Virus record (IMG/VR): IMGVR_UViG_3300025450_000016
Length of the DNA stretch: 64,000 nucleotides
Origin: a virus
Reading direction: 5' to 3' (one strand)
Shown piece after piece: positions 54,936 through 64,000 of the stretch (position 1 is its first letter; the number at the start of each line of letters is the position of its first letter). The notes under the pieces are model-generated. The model made no database searches. It had not been told where the DNA came from and was given only the letters and a program-made list of their open reading frames with translations. Both the position numbers and the translations under genes were made by a program.

Positions 54936-56756
54936 TTACCAAATTTTGGTTTTGTACTTGTTATAGTAGTAATCTTGGCACCAAGCCCAGTCAAAGCTGA
55001 GTTTGAGTGCTTCGTAATCTCCCCCAACTGCGTCGTGATACTCGACACCATCTGCGGCACCTTGAATACAGTACTCGGCGTTTTTCCCTTCAGCCACTGT
55101 GCACCAGGTTTTGAGTCTGTGTTGAATTTCCAAGCCAGCACCCAACACCACTTCACGCTGTAGTTTCATTGTTTCACGGAAAGCACTACGCCAGGTGATC
55201 CAAGGATCCGTGTTGAAACGACTGATACTGGCGCACACCGGAACCACTTCGTGTGCTTTGCTCAAGGTAAAGTCCAATCCCGGATCGGTTTCTAACACCA
55301 GCTTCTTGTTGTACAAATTGATGTTCATGGCACCATACTCTAGACCGTTTAAGGGATTACGACTGTGAAAAATATAGTGTTTGGGTTCTTGAAAATAGTC
55401 CGGTACAAAGTCAAACTCAAATGTGGGCAACACTTCGGTCTTGGCAAATACTGCATAGAACCAGGGTGTGTCACTCAACTTGGCAGCGGCTTTGTAAGCA
55501 GCTTCACGCCCAGTGACTCCATCACTGCGTTTGGCCCAAGGACAGATACGAGCCAGTGCTTGCCAATTATCTTCAGCCATGGGTTCGCCATTGCTGATAA
55601 ACACCACGTCTGGACGTTCGTCCTGTAACACATAGGTGTTGGTGCGTTTTTCAATATAGGGATAATCGTACACTTGTACTCGCAGATGATTTTTAACTTC
55701 ACGTGGTACCAAGGCTGTGTCACCTGATCTGTTGGCACGACTCAAGATGCGATCTTTTTGACTCCACAAGCAATGCCAGGACGCAAACTTCAAATCTGCA
55801 ACTCGAGTAAACATTGCATAAGGTGCGGTGAAGTTGTAATTCTTGATTTCTTCAATTAGATTATCCGACTCATAGTAGTGTACAGGAATATCAAATCGCG
55901 CGACTGTTTGATCTTCACAATAGTTGATCACATTGAACCAATCCAGCAACTCCAAGTCCACCATTTGCTGTGTAAAACTGGGCACGTGTACATAGAATGT
56001 GTCGCCACGTGTTTGGTTACCGGATGGAAAACAGTGAATCATTTCACGCTGGTGTGGTTCTGGATGCCAGGTAAAGTCAAAATCAGTGTAGTCACAAATA
56101 CTGCTGGCAATCCATACAAACTCTGTGGTAGCCAGGTTGGCAATGCGCTTGAACACATTGAGATGATTGTCTACATAACGTGTGAGTTTGATGTCTGGGT
56201 ACCGAGCTTTCAGTTGTTGAAACTGTGCGGCACTTTCAGGATTTAAAAAATCCATATAAAATATCTGTGTGGCATTGGCTCGTATTTTTTGATCTAACAT
56301 ATACTTGATGCCAGCTGTGCCAGGATATACAGGACCGCCATCACGTTGCCATTGTGTGCCAAAGTGATACTCGTACGGCTCTTCTGTTTCGTCTGGGTGC
56401 CACGAATAATCAAACTGACTGTCATCTATGTTGTCGGGGACTGACCAAATTGCTCGATTAGGCAGTCGAGTCACTGACTGATCTGCGTGAAAATTGTACT
56501 GTCTATTGGCCACTGTGCGTCGGTTTGCCAGATACACTCCGCCGGTGCGTTGCCATTGACTAGGCCAGGTGTGTATGTGTTCTGTTTCCCAGGGAACTGG
56601 TACATAGTCAAAATCAAATCCTGTGTAGTCATTGCCCCCATAAATATACCAGTAGTGACTAGTACGACTCAACTCGGCAGCTTGATCAATTGACTCAGCC
56701 GGACGCTCAAAAGCAAATAGATTTGGTTTTGGTCCATAATAAAAAACATCAAACAT
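54936..56756 (-). CDS. Repeat-containing glycosyltransferase-like (GT-A-like) protein
   Basis: Four FDF.(W/Y/F).P...E..H.(F/W) repeats; DVVFISNGEP.A..NW domain; inferred. Confidence 0.45.
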   Translation of the reverse strand: MFDVFYYGPKPNLFAFERPAESIDQAAELSRTSHYWYIYGGNDYTGFDFDYVPVPWETEHIHTWPSQWQRTGGVYLANRRTVANRQYNFHADQSVTRLPNRAIWSVPDNIDDSQFDYSWHPDETEEPYEYHFGTQWQRDGGPVYPGTAGIKYMLDQKIRANATQIFYMDFLNPESAAQFQQLKARYPDIKLTRYVDNHLNVFKRIANLATTEFVWIASSICDYTDFDFTWHPEPHQREMIHCFPSGNQTRGDTFYVHVPSFTQQMVDLELLDWFNVINYCEDQTVARFDIPVHYYESDNLIEEIKNYNFTAPYAMFTRVADLKFASWHCLWSQKDRILSRANRSGDTALVPREVKNHLRVQVYDYPYIEKRTNTYVLQDERPDVVFISNGEPMAEDNWQALARICPWAKRSDGVTGREAAYKAAAKLSDTPWFYAVFAKTEVLPTFEFDFVPDYFQEPKHYIFHSRNPLNGLEYGAMNINLYNKKLVLETDPGLDFTLSKAHEVVPVCASISRFNTDPWITWRSAFRETMKLQREVVLGAGLEIQHRLKTWCTVAEGKNAEYCIQGAADGVEYHDAVGGDYEALKLSFDWAWCQDYYYNKYKTKIW

Positions 56757-56757
56757 A

Positions 56758-58056
56758 ATGTATAACTTATCCGTTCATTACGAAAATATCTACAACTACC
56801 TACGTACTATTATAGCAGATGCCCGGGTCGGATATCTACATCCTTTTGGGTCAACTCAACCAGAACATATAGAAATCTTGCGGGACGATTCAAATCCGCC
56901 TGATCAAAGAGATCCACCACAGCGTCACGGTCCATTGTTTATGTTTCAAGATCAAGAGCCAATTGATTTTGATTACAATCGACCCTTGTTTGATCATTTA
57001 AAATGGAAAGTACACGCACCTTGTATATTAGTTACCACCGAACAAGAAAGTGCCGATGCAGAACTGGTTTATGCAGAATACCCATTTGCTCGATTAAATT
57101 ACTTCTTTCATATATTTGCTGCAGCCGATTGGTTTCGTGGACACCAATACTTGCCAGGCCTGGTTGCTCCTGCTGACCGCGTCTTAGAAAAAACTTATAT
57201 ATCATTTAATAGACTAACCAGTAATAGACGTATCTATCGTAGCTTGCTGGTCAACGAATTGTACAAAAACAATCTACTAGACTCGGGCTATGTGAGCTAC
57301 AGTCATCATTGTCCCGACGATGGTGCATTTGACGACAACCTACGCAAAGGTGTACCTGAATATGAATTTGATCCAGCCTACATAGAAGAAGCCATTGCCA
57401 ACATCAATCAAATACCAGAATTGCGTATTGACTTTCCCGGGCAACCAATACCCAATCAAAGTATGAACCTAGGGCCACTGGAGAATCTTATGCGTAGTTT
57501 TGTTTATGTGGTAACAGAAACCTGTTACTTCCAACGCAAGACTCACCTGACTGAAAAGATTTTTAAACCCATTGTGTTGCGTATGCCATTTATATTGACC
57601 GGTTGTGCTTACAATCTAGATTACTTACGCAGTTATGGTTTCCGTACATTCTCGGACTACTGGGACGAAAGTTATGATCGAATAGAAGATCCTGTGGCTC
57701 GATTGCAGGCCATTGTGCAAGTATTACAAACCATTGATCAAATGTCAAAGGACGAACAGAAAGCCATGCTGTTGGATATGCAACCGATACTGGATCACAA
57801 TTACAATTTGTTTAACAACGAATTGGTAGATCGGGAATGGGCTAGATTAAAACAGAGTTTACGAGATATGTGCGATCTTTATAGATTTCAGTTTCCATAT
57901 AGACCCAACCATAGACTAGGGCAGGCAATTCCAATGGATTATCCTATAGATAAAAATCCCAATGCACTGGTATGGAAGGCTGAACCTGGATATTTTAATC
58001 CACACCCGTTGCCAGACGACCAACAACCGTTTGGATTTAAGATCGCCCCCAAGTAA
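56758..58056 (+). CDS. Hypothetical protein, possibly GT-B/GT10-like glycosyltransferase
   Basis: VVTET...LTEKIFKPI...PF...G....L..L...GF.TF..YWDESYD; inverted orientation. Confidence 0.5.
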   Translation: MYNLSVHYENIYNYLRTIIADARVGYLHPFGSTQPEHIEILRDDSNPPDQRDPPQRHGPLFMFQDQEPIDFDYNRPLFDHLKWKVHAPCILVTTEQESADAELVYAEYPFARLNYFFHIFAAADWFRGHQYLPGLVAPADRVLEKTYISFNRLTSNRRIYRSLLVNELYKNNLLDSGYVSYSHHCPDDGAFDDNLRKGVPEYEFDPAYIEEAIANINQIPELRIDFPGQPIPNQSMNLGPLENLMRSFVYVVTETCYFQRKTHLTEKIFKPIVLRMPFILTGCAYNLDYLRSYGFRTFSDYWDESYDRIEDPVARLQAIVQVLQTIDQMSKDEQKAMLLDMQPILDHNYNLFNNELVDREWARLKQSLRDMCDLYRFQFPYRPNHRLGQAIPMDYPIDKNPNALVWKAEPGYFNPHPLPDDQQPFGFKIAPK

Positions 58057-58240
58057 TACGATTCCATACACGCTCGTGTAACCAAAATAAAAATATTTTG
58101 GTCAATATTTCTGTAAAAGCAATTCCGCTGGCCAGTAATACTTGCCCGGTTATAAGCCAACTGATAACAAAGGTATCTATAGTTCCGGTAATTCGCCAGC
58201 TTATTGCTTTTGCCAAACTACGTATAGGCTGATCACTCAA
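58037..58240 (-). CDS. DUF2061 small membrane protein
   Basis: RSLAKAISWR..GT.DT...HERVW..I.WG. Confidence 0.8.
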   Translation of the reverse strand: MSDQPIRSLAKAISWRITGTIDTFVISWLITGQVLLASGIAFTEILTKIFLFWLHERVWNRITWGRS

Positions 58241-59069
58241 GTCCTAGAGTCTTTCTAATCTTAGTGGCGCTGATATCTGTTACACTTTCATCAAAAGTTT
58301 CTTCTGCGTGAGTATAACCAACTCCACGACCCCACCCAATGTGTACAATATTGGGTACCACTTGTATTTCGTACTGTCCTTGATAGATAGGATCCAAATC
58401 ACGACGAATAAATGCCTTGACTTTTTCTATTTCAAACGGATTTGAGCCTTGCCATCCTTGTACATCGCGTACTTGAATAATCACTTGCCCTGTACGTGCT
58501 ATCAGTCGGTCGAACAGCGCACGGTGTCCATCGTGCCACGGTTGCCAACGTCCCAACATTTGTACTGTTTCGCGTTTCCAATCAAATACAGGACGGCGAC
58601 GATTGGCCACAATATGTTCGCCAATAAACTCGGCCCACTTTTCTGCATTCTGCTCGGTGATGCGGAAATCGTAATGTTCGGGTTCAACAAATGCTTTGTT
58701 GGTATCAGCATAACGACCTTCGCGGATAGTGTCTACCCAGATGGTCCAGTCGGCCTTGAAATTGTTGCGTTGCTCAACTAAGGGTGCAACAAAGTCACAG
58801 ATCACATAGTCACCGCCAGCTTCCATACTGAATTGAAACATACGCAAGCTCTGACGAATACGTCCATCATTTGAAAAATCCCAGTCGTTGTACTTGCGAC
58901 GTACATCATCGGCATTGAACCAGTTGACTTTGACTTGATTGTCCATTGGTTCCATAATAGCACGACTGTAACTGATGGAACCGTGTAGTTCTAGGTATTT
59001 TTTAAGTGCAGCCGCCAAGGTTGTTTTGCCTGAGCCAGGAAGGCCCATTATTAGAATACGTTGACTCAT
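58233..59069 (-). CDS. Adenylyl-sulfate kinase-like P-loop domain fused to HxGH nucleotidyltransferase domain
   Basis: GLPGSGKTT, NADDVR, DFS..GR; GRWQPWHDGH; start taken as MSQRIL. Confidence 0.7.
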   Translation of the reverse strand: MSQRILIMGLPGSGKTTLAAALKKYLELHGSISYSRAIMEPMDNQVKVNWFNADDVRRKYNDWDFSNDGRIRQSLRMFQFSMEAGGDYVICDFVAPLVEQRNNFKADWTIWVDTIREGRYADTNKAFVEPEHYDFRITEQNAEKWAEFIGEHIVANRRRPVFDWKRETVQMLGRWQPWHDGHRALFDRLIARTGQVIIQVRDVQGWQGSNPFEIEKVKAFIRRDLDPIYQGQYEIQVVPNIVHIGWGRGVGYTHAEETFDESVTDISATKIRKTLGLE

Positions 59070-59080
59070 TGATTTTTCCT

Positions 59081-59647
59081 TTACCAAATATCCGATGGAA
59101 TTTCTGTGGCCCTGAAGCCTTGATACAAACTGTATCTTTTGTCTACTACAAAATTTTTCATACCGTGTGGTGTACGTGTTGGATACAACATCATATAACC
59201 ACAATTGGGGCGGAATGGTACTGTGTGCCAGGCATCCTGGTCGTAACAGTAGGTTCCCATATTTTCATTGCCTTCAGACAAATACACCTGCACATTGACA
59301 TAATGATTTGGGCTTACATCACCATCGTGTATGGTATTGATATATCCATCAGGGTCACGCCATAATTGCGGATTGTTTTGATACAACTTAACACCAGTAA
59401 CTGATTCAGCAAATTCAATAACAGGAGCTAGCTCAATGCGTATTTGTTCACACAAGTGGTTGTACAATGCCTCTGTTTCTTCTGTTTCTTCTGGGCGAAA
59501 CTGTAGTCTAGGAAAAGCAGAGTTGCCGTCATATTGTTTTAACCAATTGGTGGTGTCTCTGTCAAAGACTGACACCAACTGCTGGAACAAGCTGTTGCTA
59601 AAAACATTGTCAAGACGATAAAATTTTTCTGTAACTGTTACGAACAT
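59081..59647 (-). CDS. 2OG-Fe(II) oxygenase-like protein
   Basis: H..D, distal HGM, R.S motif. Confidence 0.6.
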   Translation of the reverse strand: MFVTVTEKFYRLDNVFSNSLFQQLVSVFDRDTTNWLKQYDGNSAFPRLQFRPEETEETEALYNHLCEQIRIELAPVIEFAESVTGVKLYQNNPQLWRDPDGYINTIHDGDVSPNHYVNVQVYLSEGNENMGTYCYDQDAWHTVPFRPNCGYMMLYPTRTPHGMKNFVVDKRYSLYQGFRATEIPSDIW

Positions 59648-61113
59648 ACTCGTGCTCCATAGTGCATTTCAAAACGATCAGCATCTTCTCTGTCGTTCAC
59701 AATGGGTTCACCTTTGATATTAAGACTGGTGTTTAACAGCATAGGACAACCTGTTACCACATACCATTTTTCTAACAGTTCTCTAATTCCCGAACCATCT
59801 CGTGGTACTGTTTGTATACGACTAGTGCCGTCGCGATGAACGATAGCAGGAAATAAGTCAGGATCCCTGCAACGACCGATGACTTGCATATACCTAGTGT
59901 CAACGAAACCGCTAGGCATATCAAAATACTCATTGACATATTCCTCCAAAATAACTGGCGCGAACGGTCTAAATTCTTGTCTACGTTTGATTGCATTTAC
60001 TTTGTCCTTTATATCTGGTCCTCTGGGGTCGGCGAGGAGACTTCTGTTTCCAAGGGCTCGGGGGCCAAATTCTGCTCTTCCGGAGGCCACCCCCACGAGT
60101 CTATCACTGAGTAAGCAATCAAGGACGGCATTAACAGGATACGGGCCGCTGATTTCTGTACCAAGGAATGCGTTTTTGAACTCAATTGGTCCGCCGTAGG
60201 CCAGTGCGGCTGCTCCGAGACTACTACCAGCATCGCCAGGATTAGGCATAATCCAAATCTTTTCAAAATACTCACCGAGGTTTCTATTTGCTAAACAATT
60301 AAGGGCTACACCGCCCTGATATACTAAATTTGTGCTCCAGCCAAAATCTTTGGCACGACGCATAACATTATATATCAAATTTTCACAAAAGGCCTGACTG
60401 GAACTGGCAATATCGTATTCCAAGTGCTTGGCCAAAAACTCTTCATCTACTCCTAGATGCAAATTTTGTGAAAATTCAATATTCCATTCGTTGGTCATCA
60501 CTGCCGATTTTATCTGTGCCGCGGCCTTGGGTTCTCCATAAGCAGCCATTCCCATTAGGATATATTCGTCTTCGTTGGGTTTCAATCCCACACGCTTGGT
60601 CATGGCACTATAAAATAGTCCTATGCTGTGCGGATATCGCTGACCCCACAGTCGCTTATACTCAGCACGACCATCAACATAGTGTGCGCCCCATATGGTA
60701 ATACTGTCCCATTCGCCAATGGCATCGATCACAACCACAGTGGCTCGATCAAATGGACTGGTTTGAAAACCAGCAGCTGCGTGACTCAGATGATGCCCGT
60801 GTGTGCTGATTGGAACATTGTCAAAATACCCACGTAACTGTTGCCTGAGTACTTGTCTAGTGGTCAGCTTGTTCCATTCTACACCTTGTCCCGAGTACCA
60901 CTGACGTAACTGCTTTTTCCAAGGAGTTTCGTAGTAGGCAATATGATCAATGTGGCGACCATCTGATAACTCCCAAAACATTGCAGGGTGCAGATTGGCA
61001 TCGTTTTTGATCTTGCTGTACCGTTCGGCGTGACCAGCGTACACTATTTCGCCATTGTTGATCACCGTGGCGGATGCATCGTGGAAACCGGCGCTGATTC
61101 CTAGTATGTTCAT
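59638..61113 (-). CDS. Carbamoyltransferase (NodU/CmcH/TobZ family)
   Basis: HDAS, ERYS..K, HHLSHAA, DAIGE, GGVALNC, GDAG, EFGPRALGNRS, RPFAP, LLNTSLN. Confidence 0.93.
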   Translation of the reverse strand: MNILGISAGFHDASATVINNGEIVYAGHAERYSKIKNDANLHPAMFWELSDGRHIDHIAYYETPWKKQLRQWYSGQGVEWNKLTTRQVLRQQLRGYFDNVPISTHGHHLSHAAAGFQTSPFDRATVVVIDAIGEWDSITIWGAHYVDGRAEYKRLWGQRYPHSIGLFYSAMTKRVGLKPNEDEYILMGMAAYGEPKAAAQIKSAVMTNEWNIEFSQNLHLGVDEEFLAKHLEYDIASSSQAFCENLIYNVMRRAKDFGWSTNLVYQGGVALNCLANRNLGEYFEKIWIMPNPGDAGSSLGAAALAYGGPIEFKNAFLGTEISGPYPVNAVLDCLLSDRLVGVASGRAEFGPRALGNRSLLADPRGPDIKDKVNAIKRRQEFRPFAPVILEEYVNEYFDMPSGFVDTRYMQVIGRCRDPDLFPAIVHRDGTSRIQTVPRDGSGIRELLEKWYVVTGCPMLLNTSLNIKGEPIVNDREDADRFEMHYGARVCS

Positions 61114-61211
61114 TTATAGATAAATGGATCTCGTTTACGTAGTTCTTTTAATTTTTTACGATAACGTAATTCTAAAGTGATTTTATTGTAAAGATTTCGT
61201 AACCATTGCAT
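61110..61211 (-). CDS. 33-aa peptide coupled to the carbamoyltransferase (not in ORF track)
   Basis: MQWLRNLYNKITLELRYRKKLKELRKRDPFIYK; its TGA overlaps the carbamoyltransferase ATG. Confidence 0.6.
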   Translation of the reverse strand: MQWLRNLYNKITLELRYRKKLKELRKRDPFIYK

Positions 61212-61998
61212 TGAATTGATCTTTCATTATGTGTGCTGCCGCTGTGTGTGCTGCTTCTAGTGGATGGGTAGTACCTATTGGGTATTTATTCTCCAAAGCC
61301 CACTGATAAAAACCTCTTGGGTCCGTTGTTTGTGTTGCTTCTGTTCCGGCTGGAAACCAAAACCAATTGGCTTGATCCCGGTGTATTTGTTCAGTTAGAC
61401 TATGTATGCTAGCATCTGCTGTTTGTATTGTATGATTGTACCATATGCAATTATCGGCACAGGTAAACAAATAAGGTATACTGTTGGTTTTTAAATAATT
61501 TTGTAAGTATGTAATTTCTTTGAGCGTGGTATAAATTTCCCAGTACTCGCTGTCGCCCACGTTCTTATAAAAGGATTTGGCAAAGTCGGCTATACCGTTT
61601 TCCTTGGCTTTGGTTATATTTTTAATTTGCTCATACAAAATATTGCTATTTTGATTTACAAATTCTTTTTCTATAGTTGCAGGATCATCCCGTACAGTCC
61701 ACGGAGTAATAGTATACCAAGGACTGCCGCGTTGATTGGTATGATAATTAAAGCGAAATTCATAGCGACCAGGAAAGGTCCACGATACTATCACAGCAGG
61801 ACGTTCAGGCCATATGGCTTCGCATTCAGCAATAACACGATGTGCTATGCCATCATTGCCTAAACCGGGCCAGGCCACGCATTGATACTGGTGTTCTTGA
61901 GACAACAAAGCCGCAAAGGTGCTTTGACTGTGTCTGCCGTTACAGTCTGCCAACTCGCTGCCGTATACGAAACTGTCACCTCCGGCTACTATAATCAT
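61183..61998 (-). CDS. SGNH-like protein
   Basis: GDSFVYG, GLGN, HPLEAAH. Confidence 0.65.
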   Translation of the reverse strand: MIIVAGGDSFVYGSELADCNGRHSQSTFAALLSQEHQYQCVAWPGLGNDGIAHRVIAECEAIWPERPAVIVSWTFPGRYEFRFNYHTNQRGSPWYTITPWTVRDDPATIEKEFVNQNSNILYEQIKNITKAKENGIADFAKSFYKNVGDSEYWEIYTTLKEITYLQNYLKTNSIPYLFTCADNCIWYNHTIQTADASIHSLTEQIHRDQANWFWFPAGTEATQTTDPRGFYQWALENKYPIGTTHPLEAAHTAAAHIMKDQFNAMVTKSLQ

Positions 61999-63055
61999 AT
62001 CCAGGCTTCATCATATCTATTTGCATTTGTTTGTAAGTGGAATCGCTCCAGCAGTAGTCGTACTGTTGTACAACTCCGTCAATTTCTATACGCTGTATGT
62101 CCAAGTGGCTGCCCAAGATGTCCCATATGGTCTTGTAGTCTGTGGTACCAAAACTGGCCTGTAGATCAATTTGACCCAGCGGCAGGTAACCCAGACTCAA
62201 CGTGGTATCGCTGGGATCTCTATTGTTTTTGATCAACCAAGATTCAAATTCTGTTTGTTCTTTGTCGTGCCAAGGGTGCCCGCCATTGCGAACAACATCA
62301 TTGCCCCACTCAACATCAAACTCGCCCGAGTAATATCTCAGTTCTGTAATAGCTTCGCATACTGTGTCAGTGAGTTCAGGTGCGTGTTCATCACGGAATA
62401 CTTCGTACAAAGTCTTACCTATCTGTGTCCAGTGCATATATACACCGCCCAACACACGATCATATCCGTTGATGCGAAAGCCCTCACGGTGCTCGGGTTT
62501 TAAATCATATCGACGTGCATTTATAAATGTGGTAATTTGACTGGGACGTACCCAATAAGGATCTGTGGCCAATTTGCGTTGACTCAAGATCAAGTTTTCC
62601 ATTTCGTGACAGATGTTGTTCAGTTGACGAATAGCATACTTGGTATCATAGTCAGCACGTTTGTACCACTCACTTAGTCCCCATACCGTACCTTGCAAGC
62701 GTTCAAAATGATTGTGTAACCGGTTCATCATATCGTGATTGATGCCGTTTTCGGCATAATCAAATCCAACTACATTTTTGGGGGTAAACAATTCCCAGAT
62801 AAAGTATTCACTGTTAAAGAAAAGATTAATGGTTCGTGTGTGTTGATTGAGTTCGTTACACAGATATTCCAGTGTGCGAGCAGTCTTGGGAAAACCCATA
62901 AAACAAAAGTTTTTTTCTAGTAGGTTACCAGACTCCAGTAGATCTCGCAGAGCCACTTGCCAATCTTGGGCCAGCGAGGTGTCGTTGGGAACGATAGTAT
63001 AGTCTACTTGATCGTTCCGGTCTAAAGGGTTACGCAATACTACTTTAATTGTCAA
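61976..63055 (-). CDS. Hypothetical protein
   Basis: 359-aa ORF coupled within the operon; HNHFE and HEME His motifs. Confidence 0.6.
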   Translation of the reverse strand: MTIKVVLRNPLDRNDQVDYTIVPNDTSLAQDWQVALRDLLESGNLLEKNFCFMGFPKTARTLEYLCNELNQHTRTINLFFNSEYFIWELFTPKNVVGFDYAENGINHDMMNRLHNHFERLQGTVWGLSEWYKRADYDTKYAIRQLNNICHEMENLILSQRKLATDPYWVRPSQITTFINARRYDLKPEHREGFRINGYDRVLGGVYMHWTQIGKTLYEVFRDEHAPELTDTVCEAITELRYYSGEFDVEWGNDVVRNGGHPWHDKEQTEFESWLIKNNRDPSDTTLSLGYLPLGQIDLQASFGTTDYKTIWDILGSHLDIQRIEIDGVVQQYDYCWSDSTYKQMQIDMMKPGYDYSSRR

Positions 63056-64000
63056 TTGAATCCCACCATTCGAGTGCTTGAGGTCTTAAGGACATGATGT
63101 CTCTAAAAGTATACTGGTCTTTTCGGATTTTTTCAAGTTCTAATATACGAGCTTTGCCCTTTCTGAGACCGGCTTCGTATTCTGCGGGCCACTGTTCAGC
63201 AAATGTGGGTCTAGTTTTTAGCTGGACAAGTATATCCCGTAACGGGCCGGTTAGAGGTTTACCCTCAGGAGTGCCATTCAGGATTTCGTCTACCCAGGGT
63301 TCCAAAATGGATCTGGGCAGGGCCAACGGCGACATAACAATGTCCGGGCTAAAACTAAAAACTACTTTGGCTAGTACGTCTACACCTAGTGTTTCTGCGA
63401 GCGATTGTATCGCTTGTACTTCAAAGAGTCCTGGTGTAGTAAGAGTGAAGTCCAAACGGATCTGGCGGCGGTGACTGTGGTACGCAAGTCCTTCGCGGAT
63501 GTTCTCAAGCCACTGATCAAAATCAAGACCTGATCTAATATACTCGCCAATTCGGCCCGTGCCATCGATGCTTGCACAGATTTGCCAGTCACGTAACCCA
63601 GATAGTATATCCCTAAACAAATTGATACCGCGATAATTGATGCGACTAAGATTTGTGTTATACCTAGCGTAAACATTTTTTCCATCTCCAAGTTCTATGA
63701 TCCGTTGCATATACTTCCAGTGTTGCTCGTACATCAACGGTTCACCTCCCACCCAATACACCTCTTCCACTCGGTGTTCCTCAACAGCAGTAGCAAACTC
63801 TTGCTCTACCTGGGTGTCTTGAAACTTTACTATTTGTTCTTTGACCTCAGGGCGCATCCAATGTGTATTAGGATTGTCCCAATCAATCATATTATGTTGT
63901 CGTTGCTCACTCTCCCAAGCACTCGACAGCATATCGCCGCACATACGGCATTTAAAATTACACAGGTTACTAAACCTATAATCCCACGAGACTGGCTTCA
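63045..64000 (-). CDS. Radical SAM protein, 5'-truncated by the window edge
   Basis: Frame continues upstream of 63944 with DYRFSNLCNFKCRMC (CxxxCxxC); VGGEP; YNTN. Confidence 0.85.
   Translation of the reverse strand, partial: KPVSWDYRFSNLCNFKCRMCGDMLSSAWESEQRQHNMIDWDNPNTHWMRPEVKEQIVKFQDTQVEQEFATAVEEHRVEEVYWVGGEPLMYEQHWKYMQRIIELGDGKNVYARYNTNLSRINYRGINLFRDILSGLRDWQICASIDGTGRIGEYIRSGLDFDQWLENIREGLAYHSHRRQIRLDFTLTTPGLFEVQAIQSLAETLGVDVLAKVVFSFSPDIVMSPLALPRSILEPWVDEILNGTPEGKPLTGPLRDILVQLKTRPTFAEQWPAEYEAGLRKGKARILELEKIRKDQYTFRDIMSLRPQALEWWDSIDN

Noticed and set aside
63045-63944. ORF-track start at 63944
   Set aside because: That Met lies inside the CxxxCxxC motif; the gene starts beyond the window edge
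1-64000. CRISPR array, tRNA or rRNA genes
   Set aside because: No regularly spaced repeats and no cloverleaf with T-loop GTTCRA seen in the short intergenic gaps; read by eye only
1-64000. Stop-codon reassignment
   Set aside because: Core genes are full length in the standard code and TAA, TGA and TAG all end genes

Overview
This 64-kb window is a gene-dense, AT-rich segment of a large lytic dsDNA (jumbo/T4-superfamily-like) bacteriophage read in the standard genetic code. Genes run on + to about 35.9 kb and on - thereafter, with two single inverted genes. It carries replication and nucleotide genes: family B DNA polymerase, a probable sliding clamp, RNase H/5'-3' exonuclease, DHFR, ThyA, a PRTase and a MazG-like protein. 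It also holds a dispersed 7-deazaguanine DNA-modification set (TGT-fold DpdA-like, FolE, QueD, QueE and a second QueD-like/DpdL-like T-fold protein next to a glycosyltransferase; no QueC seen). A very large glycan-tailoring arsenal is spread through the window: 9 SGNH-like paralogs, 3 SPASM/twitch-type radical SAM enzymes, 3 NDP-sugar epimerases, 2 DegT enzymes, PIG-L, sulfotransferase, APS-kinase-like fusion, carbamoyltransferase, 2OG oxygenase and acyl-CoA ligase. There is also a MoxR/VWA pair, a ParB-like/GIY-YIG-like/HNH/DNA-MTase operon, and an array of small paralogous genes sharing nucleotide-level junction repeats. Non-coding signals read by eye include several 17-bp-spaced sigma70 promoters, a repeated non-canonical promoter with a palindromic box, and five candidate structured RNAs, including a pseudoknot ahead of polB and an RBS-sequestering leader ahead of queD. 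No tRNA, rRNA, CRISPR array, integrase or reverse transcriptase was seen. All family calls come from motif recognition, not database searches.
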